A DNA stretch of 63,223 nt, the filler included, from Octopus bimaculoides (Eukaryota): the NCBI RefSeq assembly GCF_001194135.2. It is 4 parts of 4 records of this genome, joined end to end, with 100 filler letters (N's around TTAATTAATTAA, not from the genome) between each part and the next. Parts side by side here need not be neighbours in the genome. Positions count along the whole stretch, not along the records: positions 1 to 24,881 come from NC_068992.1; 3 more parts are not named here. One strand, written 5' to 3'. Position 1 is the stretch's first letter, and every line of letters begins with the position of its first letter. The notes under the pieces are model-generated. The model had not been told where the DNA came from, searched no databases, and saw only the letters and a list, made by a program, of their open reading frames with translations. This document shows, one piece after another, positions 12,384 through 23,775 of this stretch. The position numbers were made by a program, and so were the translations under genes.

Positions 12384-15300
12384 ATGTTTGTTCACATTCG
12401 TTGTTTAAATGTTCATGGCCTGTTGTCTAGCTGGAAGCAAGGACGCTTCCTAAATGACATCAGGTCAAGAAAATTGGATGTGATTGTTGCAATGAAAACC
12501 CGAGTAAAGGGGCCAAGAGATCTGTCCCCCCCCCCATCCTGAACGGCTACGAGAAATACGTTTCGCCGAGTCGGGCGGGAGGTGGGGGTGGGGTGTTGGT
12601 CCTACTAAAAAGAAACCGGGTAACCGAGAAAAAGTTGTTTTTTTCTGATCCAGAAGGCAGGCTGGTCGTTCTCGACCTGAAATTCAGTTGTGACAAGATA
12701 ATCCGGCTAGTTGCTATTTATGCACCCAATATTATGGGCCCGCAAAGTGAATATTTTCGTGACCTGGGCAAGTTCCTGGCCACGTCGCATTCGCTAGTAT
12801 TGTAAGGAGACTTTAACACAATATGTGAGGCACACACAGATTGTGTTGGCTCGAACACGAACAGAAAATGTAACCCAGGCTTACGGGATCTGCTAAGTCA
12901 CTTTCAGCTAGCAGACCCATATAGGTTGGAACACCCGAACACTCCACAGTGGACGTGGTCAAATAGTGACGGGTCTTCCAGAACATATATAGATAGGATT
13001 TTAATTAGAGAAACAGATAAGTCTATAGCTAAGTGTCCACAGTTTTTTCTAGTCAGCTACAGTGACCACAAGATGGTTACCCGTAAACTGACAATAGCTA
13101 AGTTACATAGTCAGGGATCTGGCTACTGGAAACTCAATACGTCCTTTTTGGCGATTGAGGAATACAGAAAGTGGATCAAGATGTTAATATAGAGGGCATT
13201 GACAGGTACCATCATTAACAACAAATGGTGGTACGCCCTAAAAAGAGCCATCAAATATGAGTCTATTAGGTTTAGCATAAGTTTAGCTAAGAAAGGACGT
13301 AGAATAGGAGATGGTATAGTTAAGGAACTAGAAGAAGCCTGGAGGACTGGCAATGCGGACCAAGTGAAGGTGAAAAGACTGGAGTTAAACCAGCATCTTG
13401 AAGCCCAACACATGGGAAGTATTGCTAGAACTAAGTGACGTGCGATGGGAAGTGAAGGAATCAAGGCCGCTGGATGGGCCTGAGTGGTGGAAGCTCGGCA
13501 AGGAAAGAGTTCCACTATACGGTCTTTGACGAACCATAATGGCGTCTTGATAAATGAACCCGAGAAAATGTGTGAGGCCTTTCGGAAGTACTTCGCCCAG
13601 CTGTTCGGGGGTGATGGTGGTCCTGATGGTGGGAGAGCCCTCGAGGATTTTCTTGCCGGTCTGCCGTGTCTCTCGGAGTCGGATGCGGAGTCTTGCGAAG
13701 AGCCAATCACGCCTGGAGAGGTGAAGGTCTTCCGTATGAGCTGTATAAATGTATGCCAGACTTATTCGGGTATCTACTGGCTGACGTTTACGCGAACTGG
13801 CAACAGAATGGGTTTATCCCCAGATCTGTGTGCCGGGGAGTAGTGACGTTGGTCAGAAAGGACCCGGACAAGGGGGGCGTTATAGAGAATTTCAGGCCTA
13901 TCACTCTGTTAAACGCAGAAGTGAAGATTTTGGCCAAGGTCTTAGCGAAAAGGTTGGGGCGTGTCGCGGATGGTATAGTCGGGGAGGCACAGACAAGTGC
14001 CATCCCAGGCAGAACCATCCAGGACACCCTCCAACTTATCCGCTATACCATAGAGAGGGTTGGTAATAAATCTNNNNNNNNNNNNNNNNNNNNNNNNNNN
14101 NNNNNNNNNNNNNNNNNNNNNNNNNNNNNNNNNNNNNNNNNNNNNNNNNNNNNNNNNNNNNNNNNNNNNNNNNNNNNNNNNNNNNNNNNNNNNNNNNNNN
14201 NNNNNNNNNNNNNNNNNNNNNNNNNNNNNNNNNNNNNNNNNNNNNNNNNNNNNNNNNNNNNNNNNNNNNNNNNNNNNNNNNNNNNNNNNNNNNNNNNNNN
14301 NNNNNNNNNNNNNNNNNNNNNNNNNNNNNNNNNNNNNNNNNNNNNNNNNNNNNNNNNNNNNNNNNNNNNNNNNNNNNNNNNNNNNNNNNNNNNNNNNNNN
14401 NNNNNNNNNNNNNNNNNNNNNNNNNNNNNNNNNNNNNNNNNNNNNNNNNNNNNNNNNNNNNNNNNNNNNNNNNNNNNNNNNNNNNNNNNNNNNNNNNNNN
14501 NNNNNNNNNNNNNNNNNNNNNNNNNNNNNNNNNNNNNNNNNNNNNNNNNNNNNNNNNNNNNNNNNNNNNNNNNNNNNNNNNNNNNNNNNNNNNNNNNNNN
14601 NNNNNNNNNNNNNNNNNNNNNNNNNNNNNNNNNNNNNNNNNNNNNNNNNNNNNNNNNNNNNNNNNNNNNNNNNNNNNNNNNNNNNNNNNNNNNNNNNNNN
14701 NNNNNNNNNNNNNNNNNNNNNNNNNNNNNNNNNNNNNNNNNNNNNNNNNNNNNNNNNNNNNNNNNNNNNNNNNNNNNNNNNNNNNNNNNNNNNNNNNNNN
14801 NNNNNNNNNNNNNNNNNNNNNNNNNNNNNNNNNNNNNNNNNNNNNNNNNNNNNNNNNNNNNNNNNNNNNNNNNNNNNNNNNNNNNNNNAATGTTCCCCGA
14901 GTTCAAAAGTTTTTGCGAACAGGAAGCATGGTGTTCTCGTAGACCGAGGTCGAGTGAATGGCATAAAGAGTGTCATAAGGCCCTCTTGCTTTGCCGGCGC
15001 TCGGGCAACGCCAGCGGTGAGGGTTCCACACGGATTTTATATAGTGGGTTGGTAGAGTCTGAATGCGATGATGGCCTGGGGGCAACTCTAGGTCTCGGGT
15101 TTATTCAACTGGACAGCCTGTTTCACCGTACATTCGGGTTGAGAACGCTGGACAACTTCCAAAAGTCTTTAACCTGGCAATACTACAGAGGTGCCTTGCC
15201 CGTTTGGGATAAGATCGCAAGACACGGTAAGCGTCAGTCGCCGACCTGTCCAAGATGTGGGGGAGACAGGGAAACCTCCCCTCACGCTATTGTTCAGTGT

Positions 15301-15684
15301 CCGGAGATATCTAAAATGTGGGCTTATGCTGAACACCTGTTGTCCGGCGAAGGAAGAGTACAGCTGTCGACTGAGTCAGTTATAAAAACTGACCCACTGG
15401 GAGTTTTAACAAACGAAGGTAAGAATGGTTTTCTCACGGTTGTAGCAATAGCGAAAGAGGCAATATGGAAGACTAGGATAAAAGGAAATAAGACAGGCAA
15501 CTTTATCTGGCCACAATTTACATTCATTTTTTACTTTTCATTTAAAAAGGAAAGTGTGGCTGGAGAGGAGATGTCTGTAGGAGTGTACGTTCCAAAAGAG
15601 ATGAAAGCATTTTGCACGAGTGCTGTCCGTGCACGGAACCGTGTGAATAGACGGAAAAAAAGAAAAAAAAGGTGCCAGCGATAG
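12384..15684 (+). pseudogene. Tx1 ORF2 (APE endonuclease, reverse transcriptase, C-terminal zinc finger), disrupted
   Basis: Endonuclease motifs CLNVHGL, IYAPN, GDFN, TW, YIDRI and SDH; linker GSGYWKLN; RT motifs GLPYELY, NFRPITLLNAEVKILAKVLAKRL and QTSAIPGRTIQD; C-terminal CPRCGGDRETSPHAIVQCP. There is a frameshift in the poly-C run at ~12530 and several stops. Confidence 0.95.
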
Positions 15685-15881
15685 ATCAGGGCTTGTGGGG
15701 TTGGAGCGTGGCCTGATCATCGCTTCATTTGTGTTGTCTAACGTACAGTTAATATCATTCGATTTTTTAATATTTTATATTATTTTTAAAGTCATATTTT
15801 ATGTAAACCATTCGCATTACTGATCCCAATCAGTTGTTTTGTACCATTCTATGTTTAGCCCCCCGTGGGCAATAAAGAAAT

Positions 15882-16049
15882 TGGTATTTCGTCTGCCGTT
15901 ACGTTATGAGGTCGACTTTGCCTTTCATCCTTTCGGAGTCGATAAATTAAGTACCAGTTACGCACTGGGGTCTATGTAATCGACTTAATCCCTTTGTCTG
16001 CCCTTGTTTGTCCCCTCTATGTTTAGCCCATTGTGGGCAATAAAGAAAT
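15882..16049 (+). mobile_element. SINE family A, 3' part of the interrupted copy, with a Tx1-type tail
   Basis: Continues the 10598-10649 head. Its tail ttgtttgtcccctctatgtttagcccattgtgggcaataaagaaat matches the LINE 3' end. Confidence 0.9.
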
Positions 16050-16050
16050 A

Positions 16051-16254
16051 AGAAACGTTAGCACGTCGAGCGAAATGCTTAGCGATATTTTGTCTGCCTT
16101 TACGTTTTGAGTTCAAATTCCCCCGAGGTCGACTTTGCTTTTCATCCTTTCGGCGTCGATACATTAAGTACCAGTTGCGTACTGGAGTTGATCAAATCGC
16201 CTGCCCTACCTCAAAAAAAAAAAAAAAAAATTTCGGGCCTTGTGCCTAGAATAG
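16051..16254 (+). mobile_element. SINE family A, tandem copy starting inside the A box (agaaacgttagc), with the standard ccttgtgcctag tail
   Basis: B box GAGTTCAAATTC. The body matches 27900-28110. Confidence 0.85.
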
Positions 16255-16410
16255 TGGTATTTCATCCATCTCTGCGTTCTGAGTTCAAACTCCGCCGAGG
16301 TCAACTTTGCTTCCATCTTTCGGGGTCGATAAAATAAGTACCAGTTGAGTACTGGGGTCGATGTAATCAACTTAAACCTTCTGCGAACTTGCTGGTATTG
16401 TACCAAAATT
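16255..16410 (+). mobile_element. SINE family A, third tandem copy starting at tggtatttc
   Basis: tggtatttcatccatctctgcgttctgagttcaaactccgccgaggtc... Confidence 0.85.
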
Positions 16411-19400
16411 TTAATCAATATTATCTCAATCATACTATTACAACTATTCTTATGGTTTAGAGATCAGATTAACATCTGTTTCATTTTAGAATAGTTTCTT
16501 TGATTTCTTTCATGCGCTCTGAACTTTTATTCTTGTGTATAATCACTTAACTGCTTTCGAAAGTTTAATTACTAAATGTGATTTTGTTTTGAAACTTGAA
16601 TATTGCTCATCCCTCACTATTACTAGACGGTCAATCGTGAAAGGACTTAGAATGGCCGTTTCCGACATAACAGAATACTTTCTGATTAATAGTGAGTTGA
16701 CCATGAATGTTTTGTAGTAACAGGAGAATATGAACGGTTATGCTCTTCCGTCGTTATTTACTGAATCCATCTATTAATATGTGTCCCGTAGAGATAAATT
16801 GCTGTTGGGCTGTTTGGGGAGTGCTCAATGCCAATACTTTAAACTTGGTGAGTCTTGAAGAATTGCAGTGCCCGGAAAGTTTAGAGTCCTTCAGAGATTA
16901 ATGACCTGGATGACGTTAATATTCCGTTAAAATTTTTGTAGGTCAACACATACAGGAAAGACATGATCATTGAGGAGATACAAAGGAACCAATGTTCAGG
17001 GTAGAATAGACTGGACATACTGGTTAGTGCGGGACCTGGAGGTTTGGACGCAATAAAGTACTAGTAAGATTCACGGGTCGGTGTGCCTCAATAGTGGGGA
17101 TACGCAACCAGCTAGCTCAGAGTAACACTAGCTTTGATTTTGCAAACAAATATATGTGAGAGTGCGAGAGAACGCGTGCGTATGTGTGCGCGTGTCTATT
17201 GGGTATGTGCATACATACACACATACATATATGCGTATCTGCGTAATTTTATCTATCATATTATTCCTATATTATTCTTTGTCCCTATTAACTTTTTTAA
17301 TCTTGTTTGTTTAAGCGTATCCTATGTGTGTATGCTTATATGTATGAATGTATCAATGCATGTATGTATATATGTATGTATATATATATATGCGTGTGTG
17401 TGTGTGAATGTGTAGCCAATATGTTCCATTAGTAAGTATAATTTAAATTAATTTTCAAGTATGTAAACATGTGTATGTTCGTATATAATTGACAAATAAA
17501 AAATTAATTATTCCGTCAATGTCTCTCTCTATTAATTGTGCATGTATGTATTTGATAAATAATGTAAACTGTAAATTCTTGCAGAAAAATAATTTCGGAT
17601 GACTAAGCTATTGAACTAAGAAGAATTATTGAGTCCCGACCGCCTTTCCAGCGATCCAGAAATTTTAATTCTTACCCAATCGTCAAATCTATTCCAATGA
17701 CAATTAGGAAGTTTGAAAAATATTCACTTAGATACTTTAAATAAAAACTACGAATCAAACATGACAAAAGCTTTTAGTTTAAATTAATTTGATTTAACAG
17801 GTTGAGATTGAAAAAAAAGTGAAAACTAGAAGCAATAGAAATAAAAATGATGGTAACAACGACAAAACATAGACGATAATATGTGATTGATTGTTATTCG
17901 TTCGCTTCCAAGCTATAAAAGATAATTGTATGTTGAACAACCAGCGGGGATTTCAGTTCTATCCCAAAACAATTCTCGTTAATCTTAATTAAATAGCTTT
18001 ATATGAATTTTAATGTGAGATGTGTCCCGAAACAAAGAAGAAAACAAAAAGCCGAATAGCGTTTGACATCAGTGACGTAAGCTTTAGATATTTCCAGCCT
18101 TAACAGACGTTTTACATTTTTTATATTGGGATTTAGAGAGAAATATTGCAACATGTATATACAGAAATAAACAAAATGAAATGATATACATAGAATTAAT
18201 ATAAAGATATGTATGAGATCTATGAGAGAACGTGACAAATTAAGATTCTTTTCTTTGATATGACGGAATATCAGATATTTCAGATAATTTTATATTACAT
18301 GATGTGTTACAGCAATGATATTCTAAGGAACTTGTGGTAGTCTATGCTGGAACCTACAGGTACATTGTAGTGATGGAAAGGAGATATTGTAACGTTCATG
18401 ATTTTCACAGAGCCATAAATAATATGATATTTTGAAATATGTTTTAAGATAAATATTTTGAAATATGTATCAAACGCTTTCTGTGATTCAAGCCTTTGAT
18501 CTACAATATTTATCGATGAATAGATAGAGTTTTTCTACTTTTTTTATTAAGCTAAAATCCTTATATATTTAGAAGAGAAAATACAACGTGCATATTTTAG
18601 TTTCTTCTCTAACAGCAGTATCTCTGATTCCAAGTTGTCTTGGAATAATAGTCATACTTTGTACGAATAATATAGACGGACCAAATAAATAGAAGGCAAA
18701 CCTTTTACAAAACCCGTTTGTTTATTCAAACGAAATGAGTTTGCTCTGCACTAGGAAAAATATTTGGTACGTTTCCAAATTATATTACACTAGTTAGTTA
18801 ACTGAGAATCTGCTTCAAATCTCATCGCTATATGTGTGTGCGTATGTGCGCGCGCATGTGTGTGTGTGTGTAACATGTATTAATTTCAGTTTTCCAAGTG
18901 ATGAATCTTTCTTAGTGGTGTATTTGTTGGTAATCATTGAACATCATCACCAAAGTGAATAGCTCTTTCTCATATATGAATACACTTTTAATCATTAGAT
19001 TAATTTATTATAATTTGAATAATTCTATTTGATACTTTAGTTGTTGATCATAATTATTCTGATCCTAGTTGATTTGGCAAGTAAATTGATAATTCAATTA
19101 TTGGAATGATATGTATGCTTGGTTCTTCAATTATATTTTATTATCTTTTGTTACAAGTTAACGCAAACTTTATAATTCCTCTAACCTTTCTGAAGTCTAG
19201 CTTTTTACGACTGCTTAGATACAAGTATATTATATACGTCATTTCGAGTTTGCATCATAGGAAAAAAATTGCTAAAGTTCACCTTTACAGATAAAAGAAT
19301 ACAATTTTTCTTGTTGCCAGGATATAATTTGTATTTTGCAAAGGTTGCATCGAAACTACTATCGATTTAACATTGCAAAATGTAAATTCAATTTACTCCA

Positions 19401-21750
19401 AATATTTCCTCCAACTTAATTGATTTACCCTCACAATACATGGTATCTATGCTCTTTGAATTTCAATTAACGTCCTCCTATTTTTTTAATTTAAAGATAT
19501 TTGAAAACAATTTTATTTCTTTACATCATTTGTTCAATGTTATTCCCAAACAGCGATGTAGCAGGAAAATTGAATTGGAACCGCTATATGTAACAAAGAC
19601 TATGTTGCCAAGAACATATTTTCAATAAAGATACATTTTTCGCAATTAATGTTATATTCTAACGATGTAGTTTCTGCCTGAAGCGTTGTATATTTATTCT
19701 ACGAAAGAAATTAAGTATAATCGGTTCTTTATAAAATATTTCTTTGTATAGTACTCTTTTGTCTGTAAAGGTGAAATCTTTCTGGGTTCATCCATCATGA
19801 TACACTATGAAGCCTAATGCGAATGAAATTAATTAACCATTATATTTTTCTGAGAAATAATGTTTTCTATTGTTTTAGTGTAAGTAGATTTCAGAAAATG
19901 GTATATTGTGAAATTCATACAGTTTTCAAGGGCACAATATGTAAACTAATATGAAATGTCTTCAATAAAAGTTTATACCAAATTCTGATCTCGACTCCCT
20001 GGAAGATTACAATGTGAATTTGACTTATTGCTTTAGAAAATATTGAACATTCAGCACGACAAATATGAGGAGAGTTTTAAACATCCTCATGTAAAGTAAC
20101 TAAATAAGACACAAGTGCAATATTTCTGAACAGAAATTGTATCCAAAGTAAAAACTTAACTCACAGAGTCTTTATCTAAAATTGTGCAAATTTTACAAAC
20201 ACTACAAAGCATTAGATGTTTATATGACCTAAAAGGATCTAACGAAAGATCAAGGTAACAAATATGTGGAGAGGATTAGTTAATTAAATGTCCTGCAGTA
20301 CTTCTTTAGTAATATATTTTATCAACTCCAGAAAAAAGCAAATGACACGTTTGATACTGGTGGAATTAGAACACAGGATAAACAGAGGCTCAGCAAATAC
20401 TGGAGATCAAATTGTTACATGTTTTAACGATTTTGCAAATTTACCAAATGACAATATGATAGACTAATTAGAAACCGACTTACAAGATATAATCGCTTAT
20501 AATTCAGTTAAAATGACCTGATTAATTATATGAAAAAAAATATTCATTTTGGCAATATAATACTCTAATGTTTACATATAATATCCCATTCTAACAGAAT
20601 CTACTAAGGTATTAGAGAAAAAACAGATGTATTGAAATAAGCAAATCTTCTTTCTTTTAAATAATGAAATTGCTGAAAGAGGAAATATATTTTATGGTAG
20701 AGAAAGTCATATACATACGCAACTACACAAAAGCACACATTGACGAAGGTAAGACTGTCTAGTTAAGAAGATTGTTGAGCAAGTACGTGGTTCCAGATAC
20801 AATATCATTGTGTTGTAGCTTGAGTAATTATCTTCTACTATAGTCATAGTTTGGCCAATACCTTCTGAATGAATAAAAATTCTTGCAGATCAACATCTTA
20901 TAATTACTTCTCATTTTTAACGATAATGTAAAAGACGATCATTATATTTATTCGCTCAAGTAAAACACGGCAACTGAGAAAGGGCCGCGGCGCCAACGAG
21001 ACTCAACGCTAATTATTATTCATGACATTTCCTTGGCCACATCAATTCGAATTATTTTGTCATAAAGAAGAAAATGAATTTTCTGATTATTTCTTTGTGC
21101 TGTCTATGTAAACTCAATAATATGAAAAAAAGAATTATGACATAAAATGGGCAAAGTGTCTTTTATTGAAAACCTCATTGACAAAGAAATTTTAAATCAG
21201 AAGCTTTTCTGAGATTCGACAATAAAAAATCTGGATGAAATAAGTGCTTCAACAATAGAAGTTCTTCACCTTTTGACAGCACGATTTCAATTAACGCATT
21301 ATTTATTCTGTCACTACACGTTCCATATCTCCCTATTTAACTCTTTGGCTGAAGAATAAAAGAAAAATACTTAAGGTACAACATAGAAAAGTAAACTAAA
21401 AAAAAAGTTTAACAGACTGAATATTTTCAGAATGGTATTGTGTGTGTAGTAACTACCCACTTGACAAATAATGGATAAGTAGTACAGAGAAATGAGATTG
21501 TGCAACATTTATCATTGGTTGCCGAGATTATTAGCTGTATGACTATAGTGAATTGGAGTTAAGCGTGGTTTATTAGCTTTATATGATAATTAGTTTTATT
21601 TTTCTTTAAATTAGAACTGCTTTTTATTCATGGCCATTATCGTTCGATGGTAGCCGTAGAGGGTCAGAAGTTTCCTCTGTCCAATGCAGTAGTCATCATC
21701 AATTCTTAGAGTAAGTTGGGCAATATCGAAACATAGAGTCCAAATTCCAA

Positions 21751-21753
21751 AGA

Positions 21754-21838
<85 letters not shown>
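21751..21838 (+). repeat. (GA)n microsatellite
   Basis: Direct reading of the sequence. Confidence 0.95.
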
Positions 21839-21842
<4 letters not shown>

Positions 21843-21860
21843 CATGGCACCACGTCCGAC

Positions 21861-21941
21861 GATCCGAACATTCCGAACGATCCGAACATTCCGAACGATC
21901 CGAACATTCCGAACGATCCGAACATTCCGAACGATCCGAAC
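21861..21941 (+). repeat. Minisatellite (gatccgaacattccgaac) x4.5, built from alternating 9-mers
   Basis: Nine consecutive 9-mers, gatccgaac/attccgaac. Confidence 0.95.
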
Positions 21942-22339
21942 AGTCCACTAACCTAAAATGGTACTTCATTTATTGACTTCGAAACGATGAAACGAGAAAA
22001 AGCAAAGTTAGCCAATCAGTTATACCACAAAGCAAGTAAGCAAATCCTGCAAGATATTTGATCCAAAACGTTGCCAATGCGTTGAGTTTTTATGAATAAA
22101 ATGATAAAAGGAAACTGATTAAATATTGCGTTAGTGTTGCTGCGAATATTGAATAGCTGTTTGTTTTTCTAATACGACTGGGTAACATTCTTTTTAGGAC
22201 AAGCCGCAATTCGATGAAACTAGTGAAAGTTTGCATCGACAAAGATTCCTCAATTAAAAGTTCATTTTCCGGGCTTGGCCTTTCGTTTCAAACAGAAGAA
22301 ATGAAGAAAATAGATTCATTCGTTTGGTCCAGAAGCAAT

Positions 22340-22480
22340 AATTCTTTTCTACTCTAGGCACAAGGCCCGAAATATTGGGGGGAGGAGTCAGTCGATTAGA
22401 TCGGCCCCAGTACGCAACTGGTACTTGATTTATCGACCCCAAAAGGATGAAAGGCAAAATCGACCTTGACGGAAATGAAT
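22340..22480 (-). mobile_element. SINE family A, 3' part
   Basis: Reverse complement of the family A body and tail. Confidence 0.85.
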
Positions 22481-22524
22481 TAAAAATATTAATAAGAAAA
22501 ATTGTTCTTTCCTTACTGTAAGTA

Positions 22525-22737
22525 TATTCTTTTATTCTTTAGTCTTTTATTTGTTTCAGATATTTGACTGCGGCCATGCTGAAGCAGCGCCTTTAGTCGA
22601 ACAAATTGACACCAGAACTTATTCTTTGTAAGCTTAGTACTTATTTTTATCGAATTATTTTTGCCGAAACGCTAAGTGACGTAAACACACCAGCGTCGCA
22701 TGTTAAGCGATGGTGGGGGTACAAACGCAGACACACA
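22525..22737 (-). mobile_element. SINE family B, 3' half (copy split by the foldback insertion)
   Basis: Reverse complement of the 3' half of 49698-50100. Confidence 0.8.
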
Positions 22738-22856
22738 NNNNNNNNNNATATATATATATATAATTAAATGGAGAATGGAGAAACAAACACAAGAAGAAGC
22801 AAGTCAATTGGGCTAGTTAGCCATTGATTTAATTATGTGGAGATTGTATAATGATT

Positions 22857-22908
22857 CATTTACGAACGTTTCAATATGCCAATTTGATTGGTAGATCCCG
22901 TCAGAATG
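22857..22908 (-). ncRNA. Hammerhead motif in the left arm (core variant CUGACGG)
   Basis: Minus strand: catt-CTGACGG-GATCTACCAAT-CAA-ATTGGCATATT-GAAA-CGTTCGTA-aatg, with a 4-bp stem I. Confidence 0.55.
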
Positions 22909-23283
22909 TTGAGAAGTATGTTAAAGTTCATGGTGTGAGAGATGCAGGAATAACAGTTAGTGGATATAGTAATGCATATAGCGGTATAAGAATAGGGTTA
23001 GGTAAAGTTAGTCTTACATTCTAGTCGAAGTTGTGTTAATAGTCTTTCTGCAGAGGAGAGGTAGGGTGGGTGCTGTCAAGCTCATAGTCGCAATTTTGGT
23101 CAAACGCATTCCGCACGTGTTTGTTTTTGAAATTCGAGCGTGTGTCTTAGTTATTAACACAACTTCGACAAAAATATAAGAATAACTTTACCTAACTCTA
23201 TCCTTATACCCTATATGCATTACTATATCCACTAACTGCTATTCCTGCATCTCTCACACCATGAACTTGAACATATTTCTCAA

Positions 23284-23335
23284 CATTCTGAAGAGATCTG
23301 CCAATCAAATTGGCACATCGAAACGTTCGTAAATT
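23284..23335 (+). ncRNA. Type I hammerhead ribozyme motif, intact catalytic core
   Basis: ATT-CUGAAGA(23288-23294)-GAUCUGCCAAU/CAA/AUUGGCACAUC (stem II, 10 of 11 bp)-GAAA(23320-23323)-C GUUC G-U-A(23331, predicted cleavage 3' of GUA)-AAU. Stem I is only 3 bp. Confidence 0.7.
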
Positions 23336-23604
23336 AATCATTATATAATCTCCACATAATTAAATCAATGGCTAACTAGCCCAATTGACTTGCTTCTTCT
23401 TGTGTTTGTTTCTCCGTTCACCACTTAATTATAATCATAAACTGCGGTTTAAACGATAAATTACCTGCCTCTGGATACCTCCTAACACAGACGGTACATA
23501 CCCACACAAGTAATCTTCATGAGTGCCTTCGGATTTAATTATCCCCTGATTGCTTAGATACTCCAGACTACCCCTTGAATATTGAAGGAATCCTATCATA
23601 TACC

Positions 23605-23775
23605 TATATATATATATATATATATATATACATACGACGGGCTTCCTTCAGTTTCTGTCTACCAAATCCACTCACAAGGCTTTGGTCGACCTGAGGCTAT
23701 AGTAGAAGACACTTGCCCAAGGTGCCACATAGTGGGACTGAACCCGAAACTATGTCGTTTGGAAGCAAGCTTCTT
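23605..23775 (-). mobile_element. SINE family B, 5' half
   Basis: Reverse complement of the head ...gggttcagtcccact...gaagcccgtcgtatgtatata. Confidence 0.85.

Larger units (their letters stand above)
10650..15881 (+). mobile_element. Near full-length Tx1-clade (L1 group) non-LTR retrotransposon, decayed, with 6-bp TSD TGGTAT (10644-10649 and 15882-15887)
   Basis: 5' UTR, CCHC-knuckle ORF1, APE-RT-zinc-finger ORF2, and a 3' UTR ending ...gggcaataaagaaat. An N gap spans 14074-14888. Confidence 0.95.
22761..23431. mobile_element. Foldback (long inverted repeat) element, Penelope-like inverted terminal repeats with a hammerhead motif in each arm
   Basis: Arms 22761-23041 and 23152-23431 (~280 bp, roughly 90% complementary by eye) with a 110-bp spacer. 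It lies in the internal (TA)n tract of a family B SINE. Confidence 0.85.

Noticed and set aside
13123-13710. 195-aa minus-strand ORF, plus the plus-strand ORF 23986-24513
   Set aside because: These are antisense shadows of GC-richer retrotransposon ORFs with no independent motifs.
16790-17120. Possible RTE endonuclease remnant (LNANTLN)
   Set aside because: The similarity is limited to a few residues, with no further motifs.
21861-21941. CRISPR-like or peptide-repeat (MFGSFG) interpretation of the tandem array
   Set aside because: There are no spacers, the context is eukaryotic, and the ORFs run into (GA)n; it is a plain minisatellite.
22209-22237. Short hairpins (tcgatgaaact/agtttgcatcga; also 51484-51507)
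   Set aside because: Stems of 7-11 bp are expected by chance in 63 kb of AT-rich DNA.
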